From Catajapyx aquilonaris (taxonomy: Eukaryota): a stretch of DNA of 34,914 nt. Below the pieces are notes generated by a model. It had not been told where the DNA came from and searched no databases. It worked only from the letters and a program-made list of their open reading frames with translations. The stretch spans positions 1 to 34,914 of the forward strand of contig JYFJ02004064.1 in the NCBI GenBank assembly GCA_000934665.2, read 5' to 3'. The position numbers were made by a program, and so were the translations under genes. Below are positions 12,865 to 25,364 of the stretch, in pieces (the stretch's first letter is position 1; every line of letters begins with the position of its first letter).

Positions 12865-13600
12865 GAAAACCTTGTGGGGGAAAACATTGTGACTGTACCA
12901 AGATGGCCGCTATATTTTAACGTGATAATTTAACACCAGAAGCTAACAGCATCCTCTGCCGGGGTTCATAATGTGCCTAAAAATACTCCGTACAGGTACC
13001 GAACCCCTAAAACCACACAAACTGTTACATAAGTCTCGAGGCGGCAAGGCAGCGACGCCATCTTGTTTCAAGACAGCTAGTGATTCAGATAGGGTGATTT
13101 TGAGCCATTTTGAGTTCTATGGACCACTGCCAGGGTTTAAAATGTGCCTGAACATACTCCGTACAGGTACCGAACCCCCTAAAACTACACAAACTGTTAC
13201 ATAAGTCTCGAGGCGGTAAGGCAGCGACGCCATCTTGTTTCATGACAGGGAAAAAACCTTGTGACTGTACCAAGATGGCCGCTATATTTCAACGTGATAA
13301 TTTAACTCCAGAAGCTAACAGCGTCCTCTGCCGGGGTTCAGAATATGGCTAAAAATACTCCGTACAGGTACCGAACCCCTAAAACTACACAAACTGTTAC
13401 ATAAATCTCGAGGCGGCAAGGCAGCGACGCCATCTTGTTTCATGACAGCTAGTGATGCAGATATGGTGCTTTTGAGCCATTTTGAGTTCTATGGACCACT
13501 GCCAGGGTTTAAAATGTGCCTTAAAATATTCCGTACAGGTACCGAACCCCCTAAAACTACACAAACTGCGACAGGCAGTGACGCCATCTTATTTCATAGC
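12865..13600. repeat. Tandem repeat: four 170-200-bp monomers organised as two ~372-bp dimers
   Basis: CCGTACAGGTACCGAACCCCTAAAAC core at about 12988, 13159, 13360 and 13531; GACTGTACCAAGATGGCCGCTATATTT at 12891 and 13263. Confidence 0.85.
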
Positions 13601-14479
13601 TGCTGATGACTCAAATGCGATCTCAAACTTGTACTTTCGAGCCATGGACCAAACGTGTCGAGGAGGTCACCAACAGGAGGAAGCCGCCAACAGGTTAGAC
13701 CCCATATGCAAGTCACGTCCTTCCTTCCAAAACCACCCCTCACACCTCAGCACCTCCATATTTTCTCCTCCTTATCACGGCTAGGTCTGGCCATACCAGA
13801 GACAATCCAACGTGCTTGAAGAAGAGGTTTTTTTAAAGGGCTCCCATAAGGTGGGAAGTGATGGTCATGACAGGATACGGCTTAATTCTAACAGCACGAG
13901 GCCACGCCGCGGGTTGCACGGAATTACCCGCCCAGGCCAATCAGCGATGTGTGGATCTTAGAACCGGGGCTGACCGTGTGGGAGAGAATTAACAATCGAG
14001 AATAGACACACAAAAAATTGTATAGGAGTGGTCTTATAATGGGCAAGTTTTCTTATGTGGGGAGATGGAACAATTCCTTTCCTCCTGAAATGGAGCATTT
14101 GGGTGGAGGCTCATGGGCGGAGGTCGCCTTCTTGTCGCTGCTTGTCATCAATCAGGGTACATGTGCTGGTTGGGATTGGGGTTGTCAGGAAGGCGTAGGC
14201 TGGACCAGGAACTGGAGGATTGGCCGGGTCACATATAGGGGAAGTCTCGGATTTAATTTATTTAATTTATCGATACGATGCTGGTAGGAAATTGAGGATG
14301 TATCGATATGGGAAGTAGTGTGAGGAGTTATGGGTGTTGGGTGGGTGTTACGCTCATTTTCGGAAGGTGAAACATGCGGCATTTAAATTCCTCGTAAAAA
14401 GTAACCCCTGGTATGCTAGTTTAAGCGAGTTTAATGCATTCCCAGCGAAAAACACACACACAAACTTCCTAATATATAC

Positions 14480-15300
14480 TGCAGATTTATTTATTTGCTA
14501 GTTTATTAGGCTTTATTTATTAGTTGCTTCATTACTTTATTTTTAGATTTTTAATTATTTATTACTTCAGTATTTTTTTTTAGATTTTGAATTATTAGTT
14601 ACTTCATGAGCTTATTTTTTTAGACTTGTAATATATTATTAGTTTATTTTTTAGATTTTCAATTATTAGTTTTTTTAGATTTTCAATTATTAGTTTTTTT
14701 AGATTTTCAATTCGGTATTAGTTTTTCTATTAGTGTGTGTATTCGTTTATTTATTAGTTTATTCGTAAGGTTTTATTTATGAGCTTATTAGTTAGTATAG
14801 GGCCTATTAGTTTATTTATTTTCTAGTTGGTGAATTTATTACATCATTTATCTATTAGTTATTTATTTGTTATCATTTATTAGTTAGTAACTAACTATAA
14901 TAAATAAAGGAACTAATAAATTAACCAAGTATAATACGTATAGAGAAACTAATAAATTAACCACCTAGAAAACTTAGTTTGTTTATTATTGACAAACAAT
15001 ATATTTATTCATTTTCTAGTTGGATAATTTATTAGTTAATCTTTTCTAGTTGGCTAATTTATTAGCTAATCATTTCTAGTTGGCTAATTTATTAGTTAAT
15101 CTTTTCTAGTTGGCTTATTTATTAGTTTATCATTTCTAATTGGTTAATTTCTTACCGGTAGTTTCTATATTTTCTAGTGGGTTAATTTATTAGTTCATAA
15201 CTACCTAATATATAAATGAACTAATAAATTAACCAGGTAGAAAATAGAGAAACTAATAAATTAACCAACTAAAAACGGTTAGTTTATTATTATTGACAAA
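14480..15300. repeat. Very AT-rich low-complexity repeat (ATTAGTT / AACTAATAAA)
   Basis: Short tandem units TTTCTAGTTGGCTAATTTATTAGTTAATC and TTTTTTAGATTTTCAATTATTAG in both orientations. Confidence 0.75.
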
Positions 15301-15905
15301 CTGTTATACTGCCAATTCAGCAGTGAAATGTCGATATGTCTATAATTATCGATAGACATCCGGATATATGAAACTAGTCACCGGGTGGTTCATAACCTGG
15401 CACACAATTTCCTCGGTTGGTGAACCCAATTTTGTCGGGCCGGCGACCTAACTATTTATAACTATCCGGCCTTTTCCCCTGGCGGTGTATGTGTGTGTCG
15501 CTGGTTGTAGGAGAACTCTCTAGAGGAAAAAGTGCGGGTTTTTAGTTAGAATCAGTGCTGACAAGTAATGATGATGAATGCGTCCTGCGTCTGGCGCCAA
15601 CGGTAATTGGCCGACTTGTTTTTCGTTATGGCCTCTTTTAACTCATCGTGTTATTATCACGTCATTTATTCGGAGCTGGGGCTTTTCTAGTTTCGCCGGT
15701 TCGCCTGATCCTATTTCGAATGAGACTCACTTTTGTTCAAGTAGCCTTGCGGTCATGGTGAGCAGGAAATGTCAGTTGTTAGTGTCAGGCGGTTCAAATT
15801 GGACGATTTCCCAGGATTTTTGCACAACTAATGAGGATCCGGTGTCAAATTACACGTTTGTAGGCCATATGACTCGATAAGAAGGTTGAGTCATCAGGGG
15901 TCATG

Positions 15906-16167
15906 TTATTTATTTTACCCCATTGGGAGAATCGGCGCTCATTAGGGGGGTGGAGTACCACCATTGGATGGGGCCAAGGATAGGGATAGGAGGAAGTGGC
16001 TGTGGCCTATTATACGGAAACAACCCCGGAATTATCCTGTGGGGACAGTGGAAAACCACAGAAAACCACAGAAAACCACGGTCAGTGTTGCCGGCCCCGG
16101 GATTCGAACCCAGGACCTCCCGATTAGCAGTCGGGCTCCTTAACCACCACACCAACCTGTTTCGGTC
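15906..16167 (-). mobile_element. tRNA-derived SINE, copy C
   Basis: Reverse-complement homolog of copy B with an intact B box (GGTTCGAATCC). 11-bp target-site duplication TCAGGGGTCAT at 15894-15904 and 16169-16179. Confidence 0.88.
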
Positions 16168-16179
16168 GTCAGGGGTCAT

Positions 16180-16730
16180 CAGTTACTCTATCAGGAGTCA
16201 TCTGACTCGCACCAAAGTCATCTGACACTATCCACCAGGAGTCACATATGTGACTAGATCAAGCTTGTACCATGAAAGAGTCATCTGACTAATCAGAAAT
16301 CACCTGACACTATCGAACTTGAGTCATCAGGAGTCGTCTGACTAGATCTAGTATCGCCAGGTAGTCATTTGACTCGATCAAGTTGGTTAGAGTCAATTTA
16401 CTTTTGACACTGGATTGAGTCATGTGACTTAATAGTCAAACTTGACTAAATGTACATCAAGGAGTGTTAAATTTGATCGAGTCACGTGACATCAGGAGTC
16501 TAATGACAACTAGTTGGGGAGACAAAGTGGATTTAGTCACATGACTCTTATAGTGTCAGATGACTCCACTTAGTCATCAAATTGGGCATTATAAGTCGTG
16601 TCATGAATCGATATAGTGCCAATAGTCATATGACTGGGAGGAGTCAAATAACTGATACTGGAGCTAGTCAGATGACTTCTTACCGAGTGTCAGATCAGAT
16701 GACTGCTCCTCAGTTGACTGTTCCGATTCT
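16180..16730. repeat. Degenerate GAGTCANNTGACT palindrome-rich repeat
   Basis: Many copies of AGTCA(TC/CA/TG/TT)TGACT short palindromes; related sequence continues on the other side of SINE C (about 15860-15905). Confidence 0.65.
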
Positions 16731-17099
16731 AACGACTATATACTCTATGATCAAATAGAACCTTTACATTATCTGTTGAATCATGACGTCAGCATCCTTT
16801 ACGTATATAAAGACATACCAATTTGATTACTGGTTTCCATAAAAGTAATTACATTAGAACCTCCTTATTACGAAGTAGATATTACCATTTGGAGCCCATT
16901 CATTTGAGGGGGGTTGTAGACTGCCTTGCCCTCACCTTGAATTGCTCCCGGGTGAAATGTGCCCACAAAAAATGGTTCCCCGCCGGCCAGTGCTGCCCTC
17001 TACAATCTTCCACTTACTCTTAAAAATCTAGCATTTTATTTTGTTCGTTTTGTAGGACAGGAATATGTGGGGATTTACACTTAGAGAGAAGATTAGCCA

Positions 17100-19310
17100 T
17101 GGTACTATGAATTTTAAAATATTTTCCACTTGTAAGACAAACATGTGGAAGAATTTTCCACTAACTATTCAGCATTTTTAATGAAAACGCATTTTTCGCT
17201 TAAATTCTGCATTTTTCTTTTATATCAGCGTTTTTCAGGTAAATTTTCCACCTATACGACCATGAAGAGAAAGCGAAGGTAACAGGGGGAAGAATTTTCC
17301 ACTTAATCCTATGCAGAATTTACGTGAAATTTGAGTTTTTCATTTAAATGCGTAAGATTAAATGGAAAATTCTTCCTCCTGTTACCTTCGTTTTCTCTTC
17401 TTGGCCGTGTAGGTGGAAAATAAGTGGAAAATTTACCTGAAAAACGCTGATATAAGAGAAAAATGAGTTTTCATTTAAATGCTTGTTTCAAGCAAAATCG
17501 TTCGTTTTTCAGGTAAATTTTCCGCCTATTTTCCACCTATACGACCAAGAAGAGAAAACGAAGCCGGGTAACAGTAGGAAGAATTTTCCACTTAATCTTA
17601 TGCAGAATTTAAGCGAAAATTGCGTTTTTCATTTAAAAGCTGAAGATTAAGTGGAAAATTCTTCCTCCTGTTACCTTCATTTTCTCTTCTTGGTCGTATA
17701 AGTGGAAAATAGGCGGAAAATTTGCCTGAAAACACTGATATAAGAGAAAAATGATTGTTTCAAGCAAAATCGTGCGGTTTTCAGATGAATTTTCCACTTA
17801 TTTTCCGCCCATACGGCCAAGAAGAGACAATGCAGGTATAAACAGGAAGAAGCATTTTCCACTTAATCTTCAGAATTTAATTAAAACGCAATTTTCACTT
17901 AAATCCTGCATGTTTTAAGCAAAATCGTGCGTTTTCATGTAAATTTTCCACTCATTTTTCCACCTATATGGAAGCCAACAAACGCTTCCGTTTAACGGAT
18001 ACGCCTTGAGACCGTTTGTATGCAGAAATTGTACAAATGACACTTAAATTTAGAAGCAAACTCGCAAATTTGCACTTGATTGTCATTTAGATCTTCCGCT
18101 TAATTTTTCCACCTATACGACCAAGAAGGCAATAAGCGGGAGAATTGTCAATTTAATGGATGTACCATTCACATTTAAATGGAGAAATTGCAGGCTTTGC
18201 CATTTAAATATTCTACAAACAAAATTATGCATTTGCCGCTTGAAAAATCGCAGTTTCCACCTAAATTTTCCGCTTAATTACTTACAGCTGTTAAGTGGAA
18301 ATGTTTATGACGAAAATGAGTTATTTTCACGAAACTATGATTTGATGAATTCAGGTGAAAAATAAACCGCGATTCAGGCCACTTTTCCACTTACATTTTC
18401 CACTTACAGCTATTAAGAGGAAAAGTGTGTATCGAAGATAAACGATTTATACGATTCAACTACAATTGAATCCGGATTTAACAGACTTCAAGGGACCGCG
18501 AAAATCAGTATGTTATAACCAAGGTCTGTTGTAGCCGGAAAAACAAACGATGGAAGTACCCCTTTTGAGTCTTTATAACCGAAAGTCTGTTACATCCGAG
18601 GCTGTTATATCCGGATTTTACGTGGAAAATAAGGAGCAATTAAGTCAGTTTTAAGCGCAAAAACGCATTTCCACTTAAATTTTCCACTTACTCCCAGCAT
18701 GGATGTAATTTGGATTTTCCTGAATATCCACTAGATTTTCGGTTGACATTCCTGGATGTCCCATAGACATCCATGGGATGTCACTGTGCTACTTGGCTAA
18801 TGACTTGCCAGATATTAATAAGTGGGAAAGTGTATGTCGAAAATAAACGATTTCTATGCGATTCAACTACTTTACTTGGAAAATAAGCACCAATTCAGTC
18901 ACTTTTAAGCGTATTTCATTTCCACATAAATTTCCCACTTAAATATTAGCAGTAGAAAAGGACTTATTTTCATTAATTTTGATGAATTCAGGTGAAAAAT
19001 AAGCACCAATTCAGTCAGTTTTGAGCGTAATTCATTTCCGCTTAAGTATTAGTAGTAGAAAAGGACTTATTTTCACGAAACTATTATTTGATGAATTCAT
19101 GTGAAAAATAAGCAGCGATTCCGGCCACTTTCTGTGCTAAAACACATTTTCACATACATTTTCCACTTACTGACTAACAGATATTAAGTGGAAAAGTTTA
19201 TTATGTCAAAAATTAATGATTTCTATGAATCTACGATTCAACGATTTTGCTTGAAAAATAAGCACCACTTGAGTCACAGTGTTTAAGTGTAAAAACTCAT
19301 TTCCACTTTA
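17100..19310. repeat. Degenerate TTTTCCACTTAA / TTAAGTGGAAAA repeat block (continues at 20050-20325)
   Basis: Dozens of direct and inverted copies of this motif within longer reiterated units; probably remnants of a non-autonomous DNA transposon. Confidence 0.7.
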
Positions 19311-19797
19311 AAAAAAAATCCACGTAAGAATTTCCTGGCGCCAGATTGGTAACAAGGCCATCCCCCCTCAAGAATTTGTCCCGCTGATTTACGACCCATG
19401 ATAATAGTCCATTCTGGCAGCAAATGGCTGGCAATCACAAGCAAAATGTCTGGACCCCAAAGTCTAATGACTTTGTTAAGAGAAAATGGCCGCCATTTTT
19501 TATCCACTATTTCTACTGTGTTGTTTCCTGACGTTTCCTGCTGAAGAGGGCAATTGGACTGGCGCCATTGTAAACGGTTGGAAAAGGAGAAGGGGAAACA
19601 TTTAAGTTGATGAGGTTGGCAATTCTTGTGACAACTTAGGCCTGGTAGCCATCTGCTTGCAACTACACGTGTCATCTGTGTGCTTGCTATGGCATCACTC
19701 CATGATTTGTCATACTGATGTGTAGCATCTGGGAAGAGAGGCTACCTGCTTTGTACTTGCTTCATTTTAGGACGTTCATATGCCTTATTTGTCATAC

Positions 19798-19981
19798 CAA
19801 GAGCTAATACCGGAGAGCCTCCGAGTCCCCTCCGAGTCCCCTCCGAGTCCCCTCCGAGTCCCCTCCGAGTCCCCTCCGAGTCCCCTCCGAGTCCCCTCCG
19901 AGTCCCCTCCGAGTCCCCTCCGAGTCCCCTCCGAGTCCCCTCCGAGTCCCCTCCGAGTCCCGTCCGAGTTATTAGCTCTTG
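19798..19981. mobile_element. Mini-MITE filled with an 11-bp minisatellite (CCGAGTCCCCT)n
   Basis: 12-bp TIR CAAGAGCTAATA / TATTAGCTCTTG; 7-bp TSD GTCATAC (19791-19797, 19982-19988); about 13 near-perfect 11-bp units inside. Confidence 0.85.
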
Positions 19982-20462
19982 GTCATACCTGTGTGTGGAC
20001 CTGGGAGGAGGCTAGCTGCTTTGTAGTCATGATTTTATTACCCATATTTTAAGTGTAAAAACGAATTTACACTTAAATTTCCACCTAATTACTTCTGGAT
20101 GTTAAGTGGAAAAGTGTATGTCGATATACGATACGATACGAAAATTTTACTCCAAAAATGAGCATCAATTCAGTCAATTTTACGCGTATAAATAAATGGA
20201 AAATGGTCAGTAAGTGGAAAGCAGCATATAAATAAGTGGAAAAATGGTCAGTAAGTGGAAAAGTAAATGGAAACGGAAATTTTCAACTTACCATTTCCAC
20301 TTACCATCCTAACTTTTCCACTTACGGTACGTAACACCTGGGAGGAGGCTAACTGCTTTGTACTATCTTGATTCTATTACCCTTATATGCCGTGCTGATG
20401 TGGCTCCTGGTAGGAGGCTAGCTGCTTTGTACTGTATTTTGTTACCCTTATATAGCCTACCA

Positions 20463-20778
20463 CTAGCTGCGGCACCCGGCGCGGCGTTGCCCGGGAAGAA
20501 ATTAATGAAGGGAAAACACCTACCAGTAGCCCCGTCAACTGTCTGTCGTTCTGTGTGTCCGGCCACCAATGCCATCTGTGGTCCTGCTAGTGCTACTCCA
20601 ACACCTTGAACCTCTCCCGCCTGTATAACGGCAACCGTCATTTGCCTGCCATCTGTAGTCAACCCCCAACACCGCCATCCTCTCCCAGCCTGGGGGCGGA
20701 GCACAGATGGGAGGCAAATGACGGTTGGCAGCCGGACAGACAGACAGACAGACTCACAAACGGCTGTATTTATATAGA
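20463..20778 (-). mobile_element. Non-autonomous Helitron-like element with (CTGT)n microsatellite
   Basis: On the minus strand: 5' TCTATATAAATA, (CTGT)n tract, 3' GC hairpin CCCGGGCAACGCCGCGCCGGG and terminal CTAG; inserted between A and T with no TSD. Confidence 0.8.
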
Positions 20779-22345
20779 TGTATGTCATTCTGATATGGGA
20801 CACCTGGGAGGAGGCTAGTTGCTTTGTCCTATATTTTCATCAAAATGCTCTGAAAATCACTCCAGAAGCATCCGATTGTTGTGAAGTTGGTCCTTTAGGA
20901 GTAAGGGTCCTTCAGTGAGTGTAAACAAGGCGGGTCAGTGTCTGGAGAAAACTACTCCTGGTTTTTTTTCCCCCTCCCTTAAAGTATGTTTACAGAACGA
21001 GCACTTGAGAGGAGGGTAGGCCACGTGCCAGGGAAGCTCCGTATCTCCCCGGTTGGAATTACATGTCTGGTGGAAAAGAGCGGTATCTGTCAGCATCGTA
21101 GAGCACTTTACAAGTTGTGGGTTTGGCACCTAGAAGCATAGTAAATAGCCGGACGGTACGGGTTGCCAACGCTCGTATTTTTCTCTAAAGAACGACGTTG
21201 GTGTCCTCTTTGCTGGAGTTGCCAAGTGTGGAAATTTTGGCATCGGTACCACAAAGGAATCGCTTTGAGGACAGAAATTTGCCGTGAAATTCTGTGAGGG
21301 AACGGCAGGTATTGCGAACACCGCGAACACCGCGAACACCGGGTATTGCGAACGCCTGGGCGATGAACGCCAGGTATTGCGACATGTACGTGGTATGTCG
21401 CTATAGCTTGGGTTGGGTTACTATGAGACCACCGGAATGTCTGGTGGTACGATGCCAAGTATGACATCCTGTATGAATATTCTCTGTCCCACATAAGTCA
21501 TCATGTGGTCAGCAAAAAGTTGCATGTGGTTCGGCTGACATGCTGACCTGTCAACAGCGTACGTCATCACTTTTGAACCACGCCCGCCAGATCCAATAGA
21601 CAACAATGAGCCGAAAAAAATCAGGGCCATAGAAAAAAAAATAGCCGCTATCCACAAAAAATAGCCGCTACCCACAAAAAAAACTGCCGCTTTGAAGTAG
21701 CCGCCTCAGGATGGGCGGCCTAATATGGACTTGCAATGTCCTCCTGACCCCTTACTTTTTGGCAGAATGACCCTCAAGTGGCGACGTGCGTTAATAACCG
21801 TTACTAGCAGACCGTGACTTTCCTTCCATAAGATAGAGATGTCTTTTTGGAGTCCGGTGTGAAAGACACAGCAGGAGGTATCCAGCTACCAGAAAACCGC
21901 TTTCGACACAAAATGGAGGACACCACATGGTGTCACACGGTGTTGCCATCTGCATCATATTTTAAACTTATAAATCGTATCAGTAGCGCATTAGCTACAA
22001 CCATCGATACGGATGAGCCTTTTCTCATTCTAAAAATAGCGAATGACCTGACCTGGTCATCGTCTATATAAATGTTGCAGAAAAATCTGGTAAGAAAGGA
22101 GAGAGTGAGGGCCTTTCAATCTGGGTGGTCCTTCGGGAGAGAGGGCGACGTGTGTGGCGGGGCAGAAAAGAGGGAGATGGGGGATAGGGAGAGGGGGATG
22201 GGGGAGAAGGGAGAAGGGAAAAGATGGAGCTAAGCTGGGGAGGGAAAAGGTAGAAAGAATAATGCAGCTTCCGACTTTTAGGTTCACACTGGAGCAACGA
22301 CAACGACTCAATTAAGCAGGCCAGGACATTGTTGTAGTCATCAAA

Positions 22346-22645
22346 TTTGCCACCAAGTCATTTGCGTATACCACGTCCTGTGCGGACCACCACGTCCTTT
22401 TCGGACACCAAGTCCTTTGCAGACCACTACGTCCTTTGCGGACCACCACGTCCTTTGCGTACGGTATACCACGTCCTGTGCGGACCACCACGTCCTTTTC
22501 GGACACAAAGTCCTTTGCGGACCACCACGTCCTTTGCGTACCACCACGTCCTTTGCGGACCACCAAGTCCTTTGCAGACCACCAAGTCCTTTGCAGACAC
22601 CACGTCCTTTGCGGACCACCACGTCCTTTGCGTACCACCAAGTCT
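22346..22645. repeat. ~19-bp minisatellite (ACCACCACGTCCTTTGCGG)n
   Basis: About 15 diverged units; the array explains the overlapping repetitive ORFs in all frames. Confidence 0.9.
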
Positions 22646-23306
22646 TTATTAGTCACAGGGCTAGTTTTAAGGGTGTTTCAGGCGTGACCGATTGACCAAG
22701 GTCTTTTTTCCGGAAAGGCCATTGATGACGCACGCTTCCGTTACAATTTAACACTTGGGGGTCTTTTTACCAAAAAAAAATGAAGGTGCACTGGAGTGTG
22801 AACAATGGATTTTTTTTCTTGAAAAACCGATTTTAGTTCAACAGCCGGATCCATAACTCTTCAAGTTCCCCCCCTCAGCAACTGGTTGTTTCTTCTAGGC
22901 CCTTCGAAGAAAGACTTCAGTCTGAACCAAAATATGTTTGCGACACCCTCGGGAGCCTGCATCTGCTCCTCCAATGATGGATGGCCTCTGTCGGTTCCTA
23001 AAGGCCCTTAGACGAAAGACAGGGGGGGTTGCTTTTGCCTCATGTTGTTGTTGGAAGAACCTCCAGTCAGCTGACTGGAGCAGTCAGGAATCAGTCAGAC
23101 ACTGTCGCTAACTCCTAGTTGTCCCAGTTGACTTCTGACTGTCCAAGTTGCCTCATTTGACCGTCAGCTACAGAGACATCAGAAATCAACTGGGACAATA
23201 TTAAGACAATCATAAGTCAAATGGGACAGTCCACCTTCTCTGACTCCTAGCTGTCCCGACTCCTGTGTCAGACAGCTCTTACCTGTGTCCATTTTACGAT
23301 CCACCT

Positions 23307-23723
23307 GGTGTCCAGGATGCAGTTGAAGGATGAGGGAGGTCATATGACTCTGTGGATACCTCCTGACTGCCTCCCATCCGTATATGACCACGTTCACTTA
23401 ATCAAATGAAGGTATAGTCATACGGAGGGGACAAGTTGACTTAGATCAAATGAAAGTGGTCACACGATGGAACAAGTTGACTTGATCAAATGAAGGTGGC
23501 CATACGGATGGAACAAGTTGACTTTGATCAAATGAAGGTGGTCACACGGATGGAACAAGTTGACTTTGATCAAATGAAAGTGGTCATATGGAGGAGCGAA
23601 GTTGACTTTGATCACGTTTAGGTGGCCATCCGGAGGGAAGGCAGTCAGAAGCCAGAACCAGACTTGACCCATCCTCAAGAGAGTCATATGACCCCCTCAG
23701 CCTCCAGCTGCGTCCTGGCCACC
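23307..23723. mobile_element. Foldback/MITE-like element with an internal ~42-bp tandem array
   Basis: Inverted arms GGTGTCCAGGATGCAG..GGTCATATGACTCT..CTGACTGCCTCCCATCCG are mirrored at 23620-23723. They enclose about 5 units of ATCAAATGAAGGTGGTCACACGGATGGAACAAGTTGACTTTG. Confidence 0.75.
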
Positions 23724-24499
23724 GTATGGCTCGTAAAAAGAGACCAAGTGATGACAAATGGATGGCTGCATTCAACGGCTCTGCTGAGAGAAGAAATGGC
23801 CTGGCAGCCTCTCCAAGTTTTCGTCGCTCTCGTCTGTTCAAAGACACACGACCCCTCAAGTGTGGGTTGAGACCAGGACGTCGCAAAGTTAATTGAAACA
23901 CGAGACCGGAGGTTATGGTGTCAAGTCACGGTTGAGCCTTTACGACCTGAGTATAAACGCCCACATGTGGTGTAAAACTGACTGGTAGTACCCGGTATGA
24001 CTTTGCCCGGACTTGACCGAATTTGCCCCATACCGGCTGTCATCTACCCCCGTTTGGTACCCATCTAGGAAGCAACTATTATTAGTATGGGAAGCCGCCA
24101 AGTGTTATCTACGAGTGACACTAGGGGGGTCCAATCAGCATATCATTTTTTTCCGCAAATGTTGGCAACCACTCACGATGTAACCATGATTTTTCCGTCC
24201 GATTCCGACGTCCTGGGTGGGCCGTTTTACCCATAACCCCCCCCCCCCCCTCATTTTTACGAGTATGTAATTAACCAGTGTCTCTTCCTGTGCTTACTAT
24301 ACTAGCCCTGTAATTTGGGAGCCAACTGTTCCGACCAAAAGGTTTCCAAGAATGAACAAAATGAATGAACAAAAATTTAATTTTTACTTAATAACTTTTT
24401 TAGCGCATATACAAGTGGGTGACCTCAACAATAATACAGTTACATACATGTACTTACATGGTTACAGAGGTAGTGTTGGAAATAGTGTCATACTGGTGG

Positions 24500-24830
24500 C
24501 GACGACACTACAGCAGTGTGTAGCACTTCACGACACTGTCCAGAGTCAATGCGACACTGTCCAGCACTGTGCGACACAGTCCAGAGCCAGTGCGACACTA
24601 TACAACGACTGTGCGACACTGTGCGACACTGTCCAGAGCCAGTGCGACACTATACAGCGACAGTGCGACACTGTGCAGCACTGTCCAGCACTTCACAACA
24701 CTGTCCAGTGTCAATGCGACACTGTCCAGCACTGTGCGACACTCTCCAGAGCCAGTGCGACACTAGACAGCGACAGTGCGACACTGTCCAGCACTTCACG
24801 ACACTGTCCAGCACTTCATGCGACACGACT
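24500..24830. repeat. ~20/21-bp minisatellite (GCGACACTGTCCAGCACTGT-like)
   Basis: About 15 variable-length units. Confidence 0.85.
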
Positions 24831-25364
24831 CACCGGAATGTGTCCTGTGAGCAACGTTGTCCGGTTAAACCTACGGGATAGAAAAACCATGTTAAGGTCA
24901 ACTGACTAACATTGGTGACCCGTCCAAATCAGGATCATATTTCACATGATATCTGAGACTTAATGGAACTTTTTTGTACTGATAACCCGGTACCGCACAC
25001 TCTGGTAGAAACATCGTGTGTCTGTTTTCTATGGCTACACATGGCCGATATCCGATGCCCTCCGAAAGTCCCCTCCCCCCAACAAAGGTTCCTCTCACCC
25101 TCCACTATTTTTTGTTGTTCCCATCACTTCTAAAGGGTCTCCACCGTTGCCAGACCATGCATTGTTAAGTAAGGCAACGTGGCTGACCTTTACCATTGCC
25201 CAAATGAAGATATCTGACACTGAAAACGAATTCGTTGCGGTCATGTGGGCAGTAAGCGGATTTGACGTACCGGTACAGTACGACGTTAGAACATGACCTG
25301 GAGCCGTACTGTACGACTGGCAACTTCGGAGGGGGGAACAAAAAGGGACGAAAAATCCTTAGGG

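Noticed and set aside
19780..20052. Pro/Ser-rich repeat protein ORF
   Set aside because: It is the translation of an 11-bp minisatellite inside a MITE.
22312..22695. Overlapping repetitive ORFs on both strands
   Set aside because: They are a by-product of a stop-poor 19-bp minisatellite.
24352..24909. 185-aa Cys/Thr-rich ORF resembling an insect antifreeze or metallothionein-like protein
   Set aside because: It derives from a 20/21-bp minisatellite, all three forward frames are open and interchange motifs, and there is no clear signal peptide or gene structure.
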